DNA of 62,976 nt, filler included, from Folioceros fuciformis (taxonomy: Eukaryota), in assembly GCA_049999805.1 (NCBI GenBank). It is 4 parts of 4 records of this genome, joined end to end, with 100 filler letters (N's around TTAATTAATTAA, not from the genome) between each part and the next. Parts side by side here need not be neighbours in the genome. Positions count along the whole stretch, not along the records: positions 1 to 23,101 come from JBNGIO010005468.1; positions 23,202 to 45,567 come from JBNGIO010005469.1; 2 more parts are not named here. The stretch is one strand, 5' to 3'. This document shows, in pieces, positions 15,001 to 26,675 of the stretch (position 1 is the stretch's first letter; every line of letters starts with the position of its first letter). The notes under the pieces were generated by a model, which was not told the origin of the DNA, ran no database searches, and saw only the letters and a program-made list of their open reading frames with translations. The position numbers and the translations under genes are program-made.

Positions 15001-16431
15001 GCAGACGGCACTTTCGACAGATACAAGGCATGACTTGTAGCTCGTGGTTTCTCACAAGTGCCTGGTCTTGATTACTTCGAGACATATGCTCGTGTCATGA
15101 AGCTGGCCACGTTTCGCATAATCTGTGCCCTGGCAGCACATCAAGACTACGAGTTAGACATGTTTGATGTAAAGACAGCATTTTTACATGGCAAGCTCGA
15201 CACGGAAATCTATATGCAGCAGCCTACAGGATACGAAGTAAAGGGCAAAGAGGACCATGTCTTACGCCTGATAAAGACTCTGTACGAGCTGAAACAATCA
15301 GCTCTTGAGTGGAATGCCGTCCTGGACGAAGAGCTGCGAGCATTGGGCTTCATCAAGTGTGTTTCAGATAGCAGCCTGTATGTCTACAGATATGGTGATG
15401 TGGTGTGCTACTTGGTAGTTTACGTGGATGACCTGATCCTTTCCTGCAATAGCCCCACATTCATCACCATAATCAACAAGTTGTTAGCAACCAAGTTTGA
15501 GATGACAAATCTTGGAGCTCTACAAAGCTGCCTGGGAGTTCTAATTCAAAGAGATAGGAAGAACAGATCCATCTCTCTTACTCAGCCTCGCTACTTACTT
15601 GAATGTGCAGAACAGCTTGGCCTGAAGGATGTGAAACCAATTGCTACCCCACTACCTTGTGGACTGAAGTTTAGCAAGTCCATGAGTCCTGAAACACAAA
15701 GTGAAAAAGACGAGATGAGGTAAGTCCCTTACAGGAAGGGCGTTGGCAAATTAATCTATGCAGCCAACACAACACGGCCTAATGTGGCCTACACAACAAG
15801 CGTACTCTCTCAATATCTTGAAAACCCTGGACAAACACACTAGACAGGAGTTAAGAGAGTTGTTAGGTACTTGAAAGGCGCATCAGACATAGGAATTAAG
15901 TTCAGATACATTCCTGGCGCGCCATTGGAGCTGGATGTGTACACCGACTTAGATTATGCAAGAGATATCGATACACGTAAGTCAGTTTCAGGGTATGTTG
16001 TAATGGTTGCAGGAGGACGAATTTGCTGGTCCAGTAAGAAGCAGCCCACTGTGGCTACATCCAGCACCGAGGCCGAATACCGTGTGCTTACAGCTGCAGC
16101 CAAGGAGATAGCTTGGTGTAAGTTAATGTTTAAAGAACTAGGGCTGCCACTTCCAACCTGCACCACAATCAAAACTAACAACCAGGGATCAATGAACTTG
16201 GCACAAAATCCTGTATTCCACTCTCGCACAAAGCACGTAGAAGTGGAGTATCACTTCATTCAAGACCTCATCAAGTCAGGACAGATCATGCTCGAGTATA
16301 TTCCCACCACAGACAATCCAGCAAATATTTTTACTAAGTCCCTCAGTAGGGACACACACAACAGGCATATGAAAAGCCTGGGTATGGGTAGTTCTGAAAG
16401 CTGTTCAGATACCCTATCTATAGACGCCTAG
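12064..16431 (+). pseudogene. copia-A gag-pol (gag with CCHC knuckle, protease, integrase, RT, RNase H) with premature stops
   Basis: CHWCQIPGHWESEC, WFLDTGAT, LWHVRLGH, LVHTDICGP, RSDNGGEF, YVDDL, KHVEVEYHF. Stops at 12286, 13126, 14677, 15031, 15721 and 15841. Confidence 0.95.
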
Positions 16432-16606
16432 CCTAGCAAGTGGGAGCATAAACATCTCCAGGCCTTCTGATATTTATCTACTACTGGAGAAAGGTTTGTG
16501 CCCACATGGCATCACAGGGCTAGCTGAAACACACATTCAGAGGCGGTTCAGTGGATGAAGCCTATCGACAGACATAGCCGTGAACAATCTCTGCTATCCA
16601 GCTACT

Positions 16607-17260
16607 TCAACAAACGGCGGCAATTTCGAGATACTTACGGCTTCTCTCAAGCGGGAAGGGATCGTAGGTGCTGCCAACTCCAGGCTCGTCGCCAACAGTC
16701 CCAACAAAACCAATTTTTGCAAGCTTTTTCACCAACTGCTTGATCTCGTCGATCTCAAGTGGAAACATGCGAGGGCTTCTGGGAGGAACGTGGGTCAAAA
16801 AAAAAAGCAACTCCAGAACCTTGCTCCTGGTCATCTTCAGCAAGTCCTCGACCTCCTCACACTTCTTCTTCGTGTTGGCAAGATGGACAAGCAGGTTTCT
16901 GTCAGCTTGAGTGGGCCAGCCTTCTGGTCTCTTCGCCCGGTCAACAGCACACAGGGGAGAAGGGTCACACATTGCAGGACGCTCCTCCCGCGGCCTCTTG
17001 TTGTCCCTGCCGACACTGTTGCTCCGGGAAAACATGATGCTGAATACAGTCGCACCTGAAGTCACAGCGGCGCACAGAATTGCGGAAGCAAGAAGCCTGT
17101 TGAGCTCAGAGATGGTAAAGATGGCATAGTCCACTGGCGCCTGCACCCGGGCTTTGATAAGGCAACTCGAAACATCAGACTCCATTACGCCCCGATGTGC
17201 TCCAGCTACGCAAGCGTGTACATAGACAATGGGGAGCAATGCTGCAGATCGCGAGTCCAT
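16607..17260 (-). CDS. Antisense ORF (up to 217 aa) between pol and the 3' LTR of copia-A
   Basis: Open minus-strand frame with protein-like helical segments (ADRNLLVHLANTKKKCEEVEDLLKMTRSKVLELLFFL; LEIDEIKQLVKKLAKIGF). No recognised domain. Confidence 0.45.
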   Translation of the reverse strand: MDSRSAALLPIVYVHACVAGAHRGVMESDVSSCLIKARVQAPVDYAIFTISELNRLLASAILCAAVTSGATVFSIMFSRSNSVGRDNKRPREERPAMCDPSPLCAVDRAKRPEGWPTQADRNLLVHLANTKKKCEEVEDLLKMTRSKVLELLFFLTHVPPRSPRMFPLEIDEIKQLVKKLAKIGFVGTVGDEPGVGSTYDPFPLERSRKYLEIAAVC

Positions 17261-17330
17261 AGCTGAGACAATGGAACAAGTTCTCCGCTAAACTGAAGAC
17301 AACCCTTCCGCAATGATCAACAAGTGGGAG

Positions 17331-17588
17331 TAATAGAAGATAGTGTGTTGAATCATTGCTTAGGGTTTCGTGTTATTATTCAGCACATATATAGTGTGTA
17401 TGTGCATGTAGTTTTTTATATAGCTACTTACCGTTTCGCTAGGGTTGTGTCTCTAGTTAAAGGTCATGCCTTTACATTTTCTAGATTAAGTCTAATTCTT
17501 TTCTTCATTAATATGTTTTTATGTTTATGAACAATATAATGTAATTACTCAATATGTAATTGATCTGCACCAATTCCATATTTCGTCA
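17331..17588 (+). repeat. 3' LTR of copia-A
   Basis: Follows PPT aagtgggag; followed by TSD cctat. Confidence 0.95.
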
Positions 17589-17593
17589 CCTAT

Positions 17594-18090
17594 TTCATTC
17601 TGCAAATGCCCAAGTTGTCTCTCTGTACCAGAAACCCTTGGAGTTGATGAGCAGTCTTGTGAACATGTTTTCCTCGGAGGGCAAGTGTGTGGTTGATGCA
17701 TGCGCAGGATCTGGCATTCTTCTTCAAAGTGCAATTCATAATGGAAGGCATGCCGTTGCAATTGATGTCAAACTTAAGTGCACTACTTATATTACACAAC
17801 GAGTTATTGGTATAGGTTCCTTGCTTGACTTTGTTGAAGAGATAACCATTAAACCCTTCACATGTGGACCATCCAAGTTATGGGCAAAAGAAGTATTTGG
17901 GGATAGCAGCTTTGAACGGAAAATGCATGTTTACAGTCTCCTAGGGAAGAAAGATGAGGTCTTCTCCCAGAGTGATGACAGGCCAATGGAGGACCTGCAC
18001 GCCATCACGGTGTGGGATGAAAATGGAATTATACTCCCCCCAAACAGTGGAAGACCCTCACTTTTTCGTGCTCGAGGTGGAAGGCAATGA
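17594..18090 (+). pseudogene. 3' part of the beta-class DNA amino-methyltransferase (SAM-binding motifs X, I, II)
   Basis: YQKPLELMSSLVNMFSSEGKCVVDACAGSGILLQSAIHNGRHAVAIDVKLKCTTYITQRV follows the family pattern HPTQKPxxL..LI...S..GD.VLDPFxGSGT...A....GR..IGIE......RL. Confidence 0.75.
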
Positions 18091-19384
18091 CTGTGGCAAT
18101 GCGGATGCTCAACGACTGAGAGAGTTAGATGTTGTAGTTGATTCTGAGGCCAACCATGATAACCCTGTTTTTGTCTAAGTAGTTCATGATACACTTCGTT
18201 GTCATTTTGATATGCGCTTATTGACATTGACATAAACTTGCATTCGCATGTTTGGACTACGCGTTGTGTCAAAAACCCTTTAGGGTAAGTGACAAAAAGG
18301 TCTCTTGTATAAGAGAGTGCGCTGGTAGNNNNNNNNNNNNNNNNNNNNNNNNNNNNNNNNNNNNNNNNNNNNNNNNNNNNNNNNNNNNNNNNNNNNNNNN
18401 NNNNNNNNNNNNNNNNNNNNNNNNNNNNTGCCAAACGAGCTTTGTGGAATCCGACCGTTTCGATTAGACCTTGTTGCTTAGTAAGTCGGCAAACACAAAG
18501 AGCATTCATATCTTAAAAATAAAGAGATATCAGCTCTCAATCCCCCCCCTTTCACCAAGATACCTTCAGCTCTAAAAAAATTATCCATACTTTCAAGTCC
18601 ATGCTCCTTTCCCTCTCCCTCCCCAAGGATATTTTGTACAAGTTAGAATATGTTTTTATTTATCGTAAAAACTTCTAAACACACTCATAACGGTTTGCAA
18701 TGTAGCCAATGGTCATATTGCCCTCTAACCTCGCATATTAGCGGAAATAGTGTGTATCTTTTCATTTGCGTACATCATTGCACTTTACATTATTCCATGT
18801 CATTCACCTTCCTTAACCGAATATATCAACAAAGATTGCATGAATTTTCAAAAAGTTGGGAGCATAATATTATGCCCTCTCACCTTTTGAAAATTATGAG
18901 CTCGCACCAACATTTGGCATGTCATACCTTTTATTCATAACATGTCAAATGAAGTATCTCGTGGATCCACGCTTAGAAAGATTAAGATTGTCCATGCAAA
19001 TACTAAGCCTCATGTTCATGCATGTTAAAATTATCCACCCATAGCTACTCATGCCAAAGTATTACAATTATAAGTACGTAGAGTTTCTCACAATTGCTTC
19101 AATTTTATGCAAACCAAGTCATGTTTATTGGAGACACTAAGCATCTTAACATTCATGCTAAGTGAAATAGAGGAAGAAACAACAAGACTTATGGGGTACT
19201 TGCTGGTGGCTAATTTTGGGCTTAAGACGTAATGGTGGCTCAAAGCAATCCTCACACACTATGTTTGATGATGTCATTTGACAATCATGCATTATGTTCA
19301 ATGATGTTATTCGCCAATCATAAACTATGGCTGATGAAGCTATTCACAAACATAAATTGTAGTAATTTATACATGCCGAGGTGT

Positions 19385-19940
19385 GAACTTTCTTCTATTC
19401 TATTATAGTCGAAGCTTTTGAGCTTATAGAATATCACATTGAACATGTGTTCGGTCTAGTTCTCCTTGGTTGTAATATAGAAAACTCATGTTTGTAGTGT
19501 GCGCTATGATATTAGCAAGAATATGAGAAAGTATGGAAAGCCCTACTGTATCAGACTCCTTGATTCTATATTTTGGGCCTATGGGGTGTGAAAAGCTCCG
19601 ATGCCCAGGGCTCACGCTTCTGAGACATTGAGACCATATGACCTATAGGTTGTCATGCTTAAGTTTCTCCAACCACAATCGCAGCTGGACTTAAACAACA
19701 AAGGTGGATTTTCCAATGTGACAGTGAGTTTGATGAAAGCATTTTGGTCAAGTCAATTGATCCGCCAAGGGATAAGAAACAAATTATGTTTTGATCAAGC
19801 CCGTTATAAGCAAATCTACAAGTTGTTCTTTTACTTTGTAAGTTGGTAGGGACCTTAAATCCTACATGGGTGCATTGTTGTCACCGGGAAGCCCCCCAAA
19901 CCCAAAAATGTCTATTATTGCAGACATTATATGATGACGT
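19385..19940 (+). pseudogene. Possible highly degraded Ulp1/C48 cysteine protease remnant
   Basis: Motifs in the expected order across frameshifts: SH*TC (HW with TGG>TGA, ~19434-19448), KPYCIRLLDS (~19538-19567), PKPKNVYYCRHYMM (~19895-19936, like PQQxNxxDCG). Confidence 0.35.
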
Positions 19941-20629
19941 GACATTCATAAGGTGCATTTTCCTTAACATTTTGTGGACTATTCTATCAAGATCTTCTTT
20001 GATCTAAATCAGTGTCGAAAGAACCCTTAAAGTGCAACACACAAAGACTAAAGAAAATGAGGAGCAACCTTGCATTGTTCCCAGGGCTTTCCATGGAGTC
20101 TCTAATGTCCGGCATGCCTACATAATGTATTGATGCCATAGAAGTGTGTTGATGCTTTGTCGGCATCAACAAGCGAAGGAATACACTGAATCTCTTAATT
20201 TGAAATTCTACGAACTCACAACTTTGTCATAGGGAATGGGGTCCTTTCATGATAGAAGACCTTAGGTCTTTTTGTGGCTTGTTGTTGTGGGTGTTCTCAA
20301 TTGTGAATTAGTACAAAGGGACCTTCCAACTTGAATTCGCACCCACTAAAACAGCCAAGGTAGAACCATCCAAATGAACTGCAAATAGTAAGTAGATCAT
20401 GGAATTGTTAATGTGGTTGTGGCTTTTGTGTTAGTTTGGAGTGAAAGGGGTGCATGCATGGTGGTAAGAAGTTGTGTGTTTGGTAAGCATGGTTTGCATC
20501 GAAAACATCTTAGCGTACAATAACACTTGGCTTGTCATTGGGTGTGCTTTTTTTTTTTTTTTTTTTTTTTTCTCTTCCAATAAGGTGTCCCCTCTAGATA
20601 GGGGGCTTTGGTTTGTTTTAACACCAAAT

Positions 20630-20982
20630 AGACAGTAGTAGGGTGTGTCATGTGGCAAAAGAGGACAAATAGTAGTAGGGTATGTAGCGTGGCAAAAAAG
20701 GAGACAACTAGGGGGAAAAGAGGAGGGACAATAGTAGGGTGTGTAGTGGGGTAAAAGAGGAGAGAAAATAGTAGGGTGTGTAGTGTGGCAAAAGAGGAGG
20801 GACAACAGTAGGGTATGTAGTGTGTTAAAAAAGGACAGACAACAATAGAACGTGTAATGTGACAAAAGAGGATAGATAGTAGTAGGGTGTAGAGTGTGGC
20901 AAAAGAGGATAGATAGTAGTAGGGTATGTAGTATGGTAAAAGAGGATAGAAAGTAGTACGGTGTGTAGTGTGGCAAAGAGGA
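20630..20982. repeat. Degenerate tandem repeat, about 37-bp unit
   Basis: Recurrent agtagggtgtgtagtgtggcaaaagagga core, about 9 copies. Confidence 0.75.
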
Positions 20983-21615
20983 CACTCATTCTATCCTCTT
21001 TAATAGGTCATATCCTAGGCACTCCCAAATGCAGGCTGCTTAGCACCTTGTGACTCATACATGTTGTAGAGTGCCTTGTAACTCAAATTGAAATAAAATC
21101 CTAAAGAAAATAGTGAGAAAGAAGCCTTACAAGTGAAAATGAAACCAAATCCTAAAAGCTTGGAACGACACGACACTTCCACGACATTCTACTTATTACA
21201 TTAAAACATTAGATGATGTGCCAATTGGTTTTGACTAGTGTGTCACCCTGGTTTTGCATTTTGCATGCTTGGTATGTAACATACACCGCAGCCAAGGATA
21301 CTTTTGCATGTCTTATGGTGTGGTATTCCATGGTTTCCAAGTGGCGAATACTCTTTATTGAAAAGGGTGGGTAACCTGAACTGTTAATTGAGAGCACCCT
21401 AGGCATTATCCTTGGCATCATATTCCATATTTGGAATCAAATTAACGGAGTGAGAAATGCAGTGGAAGGAGGAACGAATGACTGACGTTGGGCTCCTCGT
21501 TCATCAAGCCAGCCAGCCAAGTCACCTGTCCTCGTTGCCTCCCAGCCTGCGTCCAGTTCGCGTCCTCGCCCGCTGAGATCCAGGTGCCGCACCTGCAAGT
21601 TCTCCCGCAGCAGAC

Positions 21616-23059
21616 ATGGCCGCTCGGCGTGCGGCATCTCTTGTGCTGAACCGGACGTTCGCCTCGGGTTCCACCCCGGAGCGCAAGGTTGCCGTTCTAG
21701 GAGCCGCCGGCGGCATTGGCCAGCCCTTGGGTCTGCTTCTCAAGCTCAACCCCCTGGTGACGCAACTTTCGCTTTATGATATTGCCGGCACACCCGGCGT
21801 GGCGGCTGACATCAGTCATGTCAACACCCGTGCTGAGGTGAGGTGCATTCCTTGTCCAATTAGCTCACCGCTTGTAGCTGGCTGGCAGATCCAGATCTGG
21901 ATCCGAATCCGGAGCCTGCCGTTTTTTTTGGCTTTCACTTCTGCATGAACCTTCAAAGCTCCTGTCCGAATTAGGTCTCCTACAAACAGCTCACAGGGTT
22001 GAGTTTGATGTTCAGACCGCAGGCTACGCTGGACCAGATGAGCTGGCCGGTGCTCTTGAAGGAGCAGACCTGGTTATTATTCCTGCTGGAGTGCCCCGCA
22101 AACCTGGAATGACCAGAGACGACCTGTTTAACATCAATGCTGGAATTGTCAAAACCCTCTGTGAAGCGATTGCCAAACATTGCCCTGAGGTAGGTCGAGC
22201 ACTCCCTGGCTTTGGAAGTTGTCCTCATGCGCGCGTTCAAGAGGAAAGGTACCCGGGCTGGTGATCTGAAATTTTTTAGTTTTTTCTTTCGTGCAGGCCC
22301 TGGTCAACATTATCAGCAACCCTGTCAACTCCACTGTTCCGATTGCAGCGGAGGTTTTCAAGAGAGCAGGCACTTACGACCCTAAACGATTGTTTGGAGT
22401 GACGACTTTGGATGTTGTGCGGGCAAGGACGTTCTATGCAGGGAAGAAGAATCTCAATGTAAAAGGTAGGTTCTTATTGGGCCGGCTATTCTTGAGTTAG
22501 CCCTCTTGCCATGTCCACATTTTTCAAGCGTTTTGAGGGCAACGTGCTCTCGTGATGTGCAGAAGTTGATGTTCCAGTCGTGGGTGGGCATGCGGGGATC
22601 ACGATTCTTCCTCTCTTCTCACAGGTGATCTTTCGTGCACGGGATGTTTGTCAGCGGCCTATTGCGCTTGTTTTCGATTTATGTGATCAACAACTGTGGG
22701 GATGACCACAGGCTACTCCGAAGGCATCCCTAAGTGCGGAGGAGCTGGATGCGCTGACTAAACGTACACAAGATGGTGGGACGGAGGTTGTGCAGGCCAA
22801 GGCAGGAAAAGGATCTGCCACTCTCTCAATGGCGTAAGGAGTGCAATACAGTCCTGAACAGTGTGGTGTCTTTGTGTTGTTTTTTCCCGCTGCCACGCAA
22901 ACTGCATGATCCGACGCCATTTTATCGTTTCATGTTTTCAGCTATGCTGGAGCGTTGTTCGGAGAAGCCTGCCTCAGGGGCCTGAACGGAGTCAAGGGTG
23001 TGGTTGAGTGTTCTTATGTGGCCTCTACCGTCACCGAGTTGCCGTTCTTCGCATCCAAG
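21616..23059 (+). CDS. mMDH: Mitochondrial NAD-malate dehydrogenase, exons 21616-21837, 22016-22189, 22297-22465, 22563-22624, 22712-22833, 22942-23059; last exon lost in gap
   Basis: [88 protein letters not shown] introns. Confidence 0.96.
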
Positions 23060-23101
23060 GTAAAGCAACTCATTCAGCCAACTCCAGTTGTCGATGTGTA
23101 G

Positions 23102-23201
23102 NNNNNNNNNNNNNNNNNNNNNNNNNNNNNNNNNNNNNNNNNNNNTTAATTAATTAANNNNNNNNNNNNNNNNNNNNNNNNNNNNNNNNNNNNNNNNNNN
23201 N
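23102..23201. other. Artificial scaffold linker N-TTAATTAATTAA-N (also at 45568-45667 and 59133-59231)
   Basis: The same palindromic all-frame-stop 12-mer is centred in an N run three times. Confidence 0.9.
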
Positions 23202-25283
23202 GGCTAGGACCTACCAACGGCTGCCCCAGAGGAGCTGCCCCCTATGGAGCCCGTGTTGGCTCGTGACGAGCCTGTGCCGGCTGTTCTGGCACCCAACCCT
23301 GGTCCTCGTCGCAGTACTCAGCATCGACCACCACCATCTCAGTGGGCCGAACCGCCTTACCAGTCCACCGACTTCAGGACCACCTTCAGCTCACTGTCGG
23401 CGACTTTATTCCCAGCGGCCCTCCCAGCGGAACCGACCACTCTTTCCCAAGCTCTTGCAGGACCTGAGTCCTCGCAGTGGCGGATCGCAGTGGAGGATGA
23501 GTACCAGAGTCTGCTCCAAAATAAGACCTGGGAACTCGTCGACCCGCCCCCTAGAAGGAAGACCATCTCCTGCAAGTGGACGTTCAAGCTTAAGCTCAAC
23601 ACCCAAGGACAGGTGGACCGCTTCAAGGCTCGGCTAGTGGCCCGCGGATTTTCCCAGGTTGAAGGCCTGGATTACCAGGAGACCTTCTCCCCCAGTGGTA
23701 CGCGCCCAATCCATACGGATCCTCCTTGCCCTCGCGGCCGAGCTAGATCTGGAGCTCCATCAGATGGACGTCAAGACTGCTTATCTCTATGGTGACCTGG
23801 ACGAAGAGCTCTACATGGACCAGCCGGAGGGCTACGTCAGCAAGGAGTTCCCTAACAAGGTGCTCAGGCTAAGGAAATGCACCTATGGCCTTAAGCAAAG
23901 CTGGCGAGTGTGGTATACCACTACGCACACCTACCTGCTTAGCATCTCCTTTACCCAGAGCGCAGCCGACGAGAATGTATACATGCTGACTCGAGGGCCG
24001 CACATTGTCATCCTTGCCCTGTACGTGGACGACCTCATCCTTGCTGCTAGCAAGTTGGACCTGCTGGCGGAAGTTAAACATCTCCTAAGCTCCCGCTTCG
24101 AGATGAAAGACATTGGAGAGCTTGATTTCTGCCTTGGGATTCAGATTCTAAGGAATCGAGCTGAAACGAAGCTGGTCATCCACCAGCACAAGTATATCAA
24201 CGAGATACTGCGGAAGTTCAAGCTGGATCAAGCCAGGCCCGTCACCACGCCCTATGCTGCGGGCACAAGACTCACTGCTGAGCAGTGCCCCCAGACAGAG
24301 GAAGAGACCAAGGACATGCATGGGATTCCTTATCGACATGCCGTCGGAAGCCTCCTCTTCGTCAGCGGCTGGACGAGGCCCGACATCCATTACTCCGTCT
24401 CCACAGCATCACAATTCCTGGAGAACCCCGGCAAGGAACATTGGGCTGCAGTCAAGAGAGTGTTCCGCTACTTGAGGGGCACCCCGACCTATGGGCTGAT
24501 GTACCAGAGTGGAGGGACCGGCAAGCTCCTCCTCAGCAGCTACACAGACGCAGATTGGGCATCTGACCCAGACTCAAGGAAGAGCCTGAGCGCCCACTGT
24601 TTTCTGCTATCCTCAGCTGCTGTGAACTGGAGCTGCAAGAAGCAGACTTCCATCGCGCTATCCTCCACGGAGGCCGAGTACAAGTCGCTTACAGATGCCT
24701 CCAAGGAAGCCGAGTGGGAGCGATCCTTCTTAGCTGACGTCGGCCAGAGACAAGACCAACCGACACCACTCTAATGCGACAACATGTCGGCTCTGGCTCT
24801 GATCTCAAACCCCAAGTTCCATGCCAGGACGAAGCACATAGAGATCCAGCACCACTACATCCGGGATGTGGTTGAGCGCAAGGTGGTAGATGCCAGCTAC
24901 GTGCCCACGGATGACAACTTGGCGGACATCCTGACGAAGGGACTGCCCAAGCTCCGGCACTACCAGCACATGAAGAGTATGGGGCTAATCGACTTTGCCC
25001 CCCACCTCACCGACAGAGGAAGACCGGGAGCCGTTCCCTCGACTGGGGGAGTCTCAGGCTAGGTTATGTCACCCTTAAGAGGGAGTGTAAAGTTCAGTAA
25101 GAGCTACATAACCCCAGCTAGTATTTAGGCGAGTTAGACTAACTCGAACTAGTTAAGCAAACTGTCGCACCCCTAGGAAGGGGTGCCCTCGGGTCCCCTA
25201 TATAAGGGCCCCCACCCTTGTACTTTGTAACACTTTTCTAATCTACGCTTCCGCTCTTTTGATTACCTTAGAAAAGTTCTCAG
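23202..25283 (+). mobile_element. 3' half of a Ty1/copia element (copia-B): RT-RNase H, PPT and 3' LTR
   Basis: KWTFKLK..RFKARLVARGFSQ, QMDVKTAYL, YVDDL, YTDADWA, KHIEIQHH; frameshift near 23690 and stop at 24772; PPT aagagggag 25077-25085; LTR starts TG at 25086 with TATA at ~25199. LTR 3' end is approximate. Confidence 0.9.
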
Positions 25284-25495
25284 TGCGTCCCTCTTAGTCG
25301 GTGTTGAAAATCTCCTTGCCAATTGTGAGACACGTTGCTCCTCAGATTTGCAATCAAGATAGAGAAAAGGAAACGAATTCCTTCGTTTGTTAATTGGTTT
25401 GAGTGACGGTGCTACAAATCTGCGCCTTGGCATTTTGTGAATCAAGTGCCAAAATTATCCGCGACCTGCACACTCGCTAATTCTAGCTTTGATGC

Positions 25496-25565
25496 CATAA
25501 GGCATAAGGCATAAGGCATAAGGCATAAGGCATAAGGCATAAGGCATAAGGCATAAGGCATAAGG
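25496..25565. repeat. Microsatellite (CATAAGG)10
   Basis: Ten perfect 7-bp copies. Confidence 0.95.
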
Positions 25566-25814
25566 ATCGAATAACTCAAGTGTAGTGGCAAGGCATTAGA
25601 GAATGTGGAGCACAAGTGCAAAGGAGAAGAAGTTATCTTAGCATAAGAGTGTGTGTATAGTATGTAAGTAGCAAGTGTTTTATAGCGTGAAATCAATGGT
25701 TATCCAACCACCATAACTAAAATGTGGAACTACCACTAAGTCTGCTTAGACTGCCCCTAGGCTAACAAGGCTTCCTACAAAATTCACATTTGGTCTGAAC
25801 TAAATCTTCTCGAA

Positions 25815-26115
25815 ACAACATTCCCTTGCTAGATGTGAACTTATTTTTTTGACTTCGCAAATGCGTTCCACATGGCAGTTGTGAGAGTCGTTGCTTTGGC
25901 TTCAACAATCCTTTCCTAACCCTGCAGTAGGCTACACAACTATTGCTCCATCACACTGGTGTGCTTCTCCAAGAAAACAATGTTCACATGTAGGTTCTGC
26001 ACTTTGGGCTGAGTTAACGTAGCTATTATGTGAGCAGTTCTAGACATGGTCTCTACTACAACCACACATTTCGTTTGGGTAGAGGATGCATCTTACTGCA
26101 CTTTTGTGGTCAAAA
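25815..26115. repeat. Dispersed repeat, diverged copy of 36293-36612
   Basis: Shared blocks gtaggctaca, tgctccatcacact, aatgttcacat, tgtgagcagttcta and agaggatgcat in the same order and orientation. Confidence 0.8.
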
Positions 26116-26256
26116 TGTATCCGATTCTCTGGTGGCTTGGAAGCAGTCTGGATCGGGGTAGAACATGCACGCCAGTGAGAAGAAAATGTCTGAAAATGGC
26201 CGAACAGAAATTTAAATTTTGTATGTATATATAAAGTATTCTGGATGTGGACAGAG

Positions 26257-26337
26257 GCAGCTTTGGCCGAGTGGTTAAGGCGTGTGCCTGCTAAGTACAT
26301 GGGTTCGCCCGCGAGAGTTCGAATCTCTCAGGCTGCG
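26257..26337 (+). tRNA. trnS-GCT: tRNA-Ser (anticodon GCT)
   Basis: Acceptor stem gcagctt/aggctgc; A box tggccgagtgg; anticodon arm gtgtgc-ctGCTaa-gtacat; long variable arm; B box gttcgaatc; T-run downstream. Confidence 0.97.
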
Positions 26338-26675
26338 CGGTGGTTTTCTAATTTTAATTTTCTTGTTGAACTGTAGGAGGACAATGTGGAACTAGATGTG
26401 ACAAACACGTGGCACGCGCACCACACTTGACCTTGATGTCCACAATGTGGGTTGTAGATCGGGTAGCACGCCCCTCGAATGAGGTGCATAGAATTTGGGG
26501 ACAAGAATATTTTAGAGCGGTGTCCCTTGCGTGGGTTTCGAGGAGGTGGAGACGTTCGAAGTTCTGCCGTGCAACCGTGTCCCACCATGCAAATGCAAGT
26601 GAAATGAGTACCCAAGGGGGCAGGGAGGTGGAGAGTTATGCTCCTGCTGTGGAACCATGTACCACCATGCACATG

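Larger units (their letters stand above)
10523..17588 (+). mobile_element. Full-length Ty1/copia LTR retrotransposon (copia-A) with extra 5' ORF and antisense 3' ORF; gag-pol inactivated
   Basis: LTRs 10523-10779 and 17331-17588 differ by 5 transitions and 1 indel; TSD CCTAT at 10518-10522 and 17589-17593; PBS tggtatcagagcc 10780-10792; PPT aagtgggag 17322-17330; domain order PR-INT-RT-RH. Confidence 0.97.

Noticed and set aside
23102-23201. Palindromic TTAATTAATTAA inside N runs, and apparent insertion of copia-B into mMDH
   Set aside because: Synthetic linker seen three times. The truncation of mMDH, GT-2 and the 45.5-kb ORF and the adjacency across linkers are assembly effects.
25496-25565. 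(CATAAGG)10 as an interstitial telomere
   Set aside because: It is not a permutation of TTTAGGG; an ordinary microsatellite.
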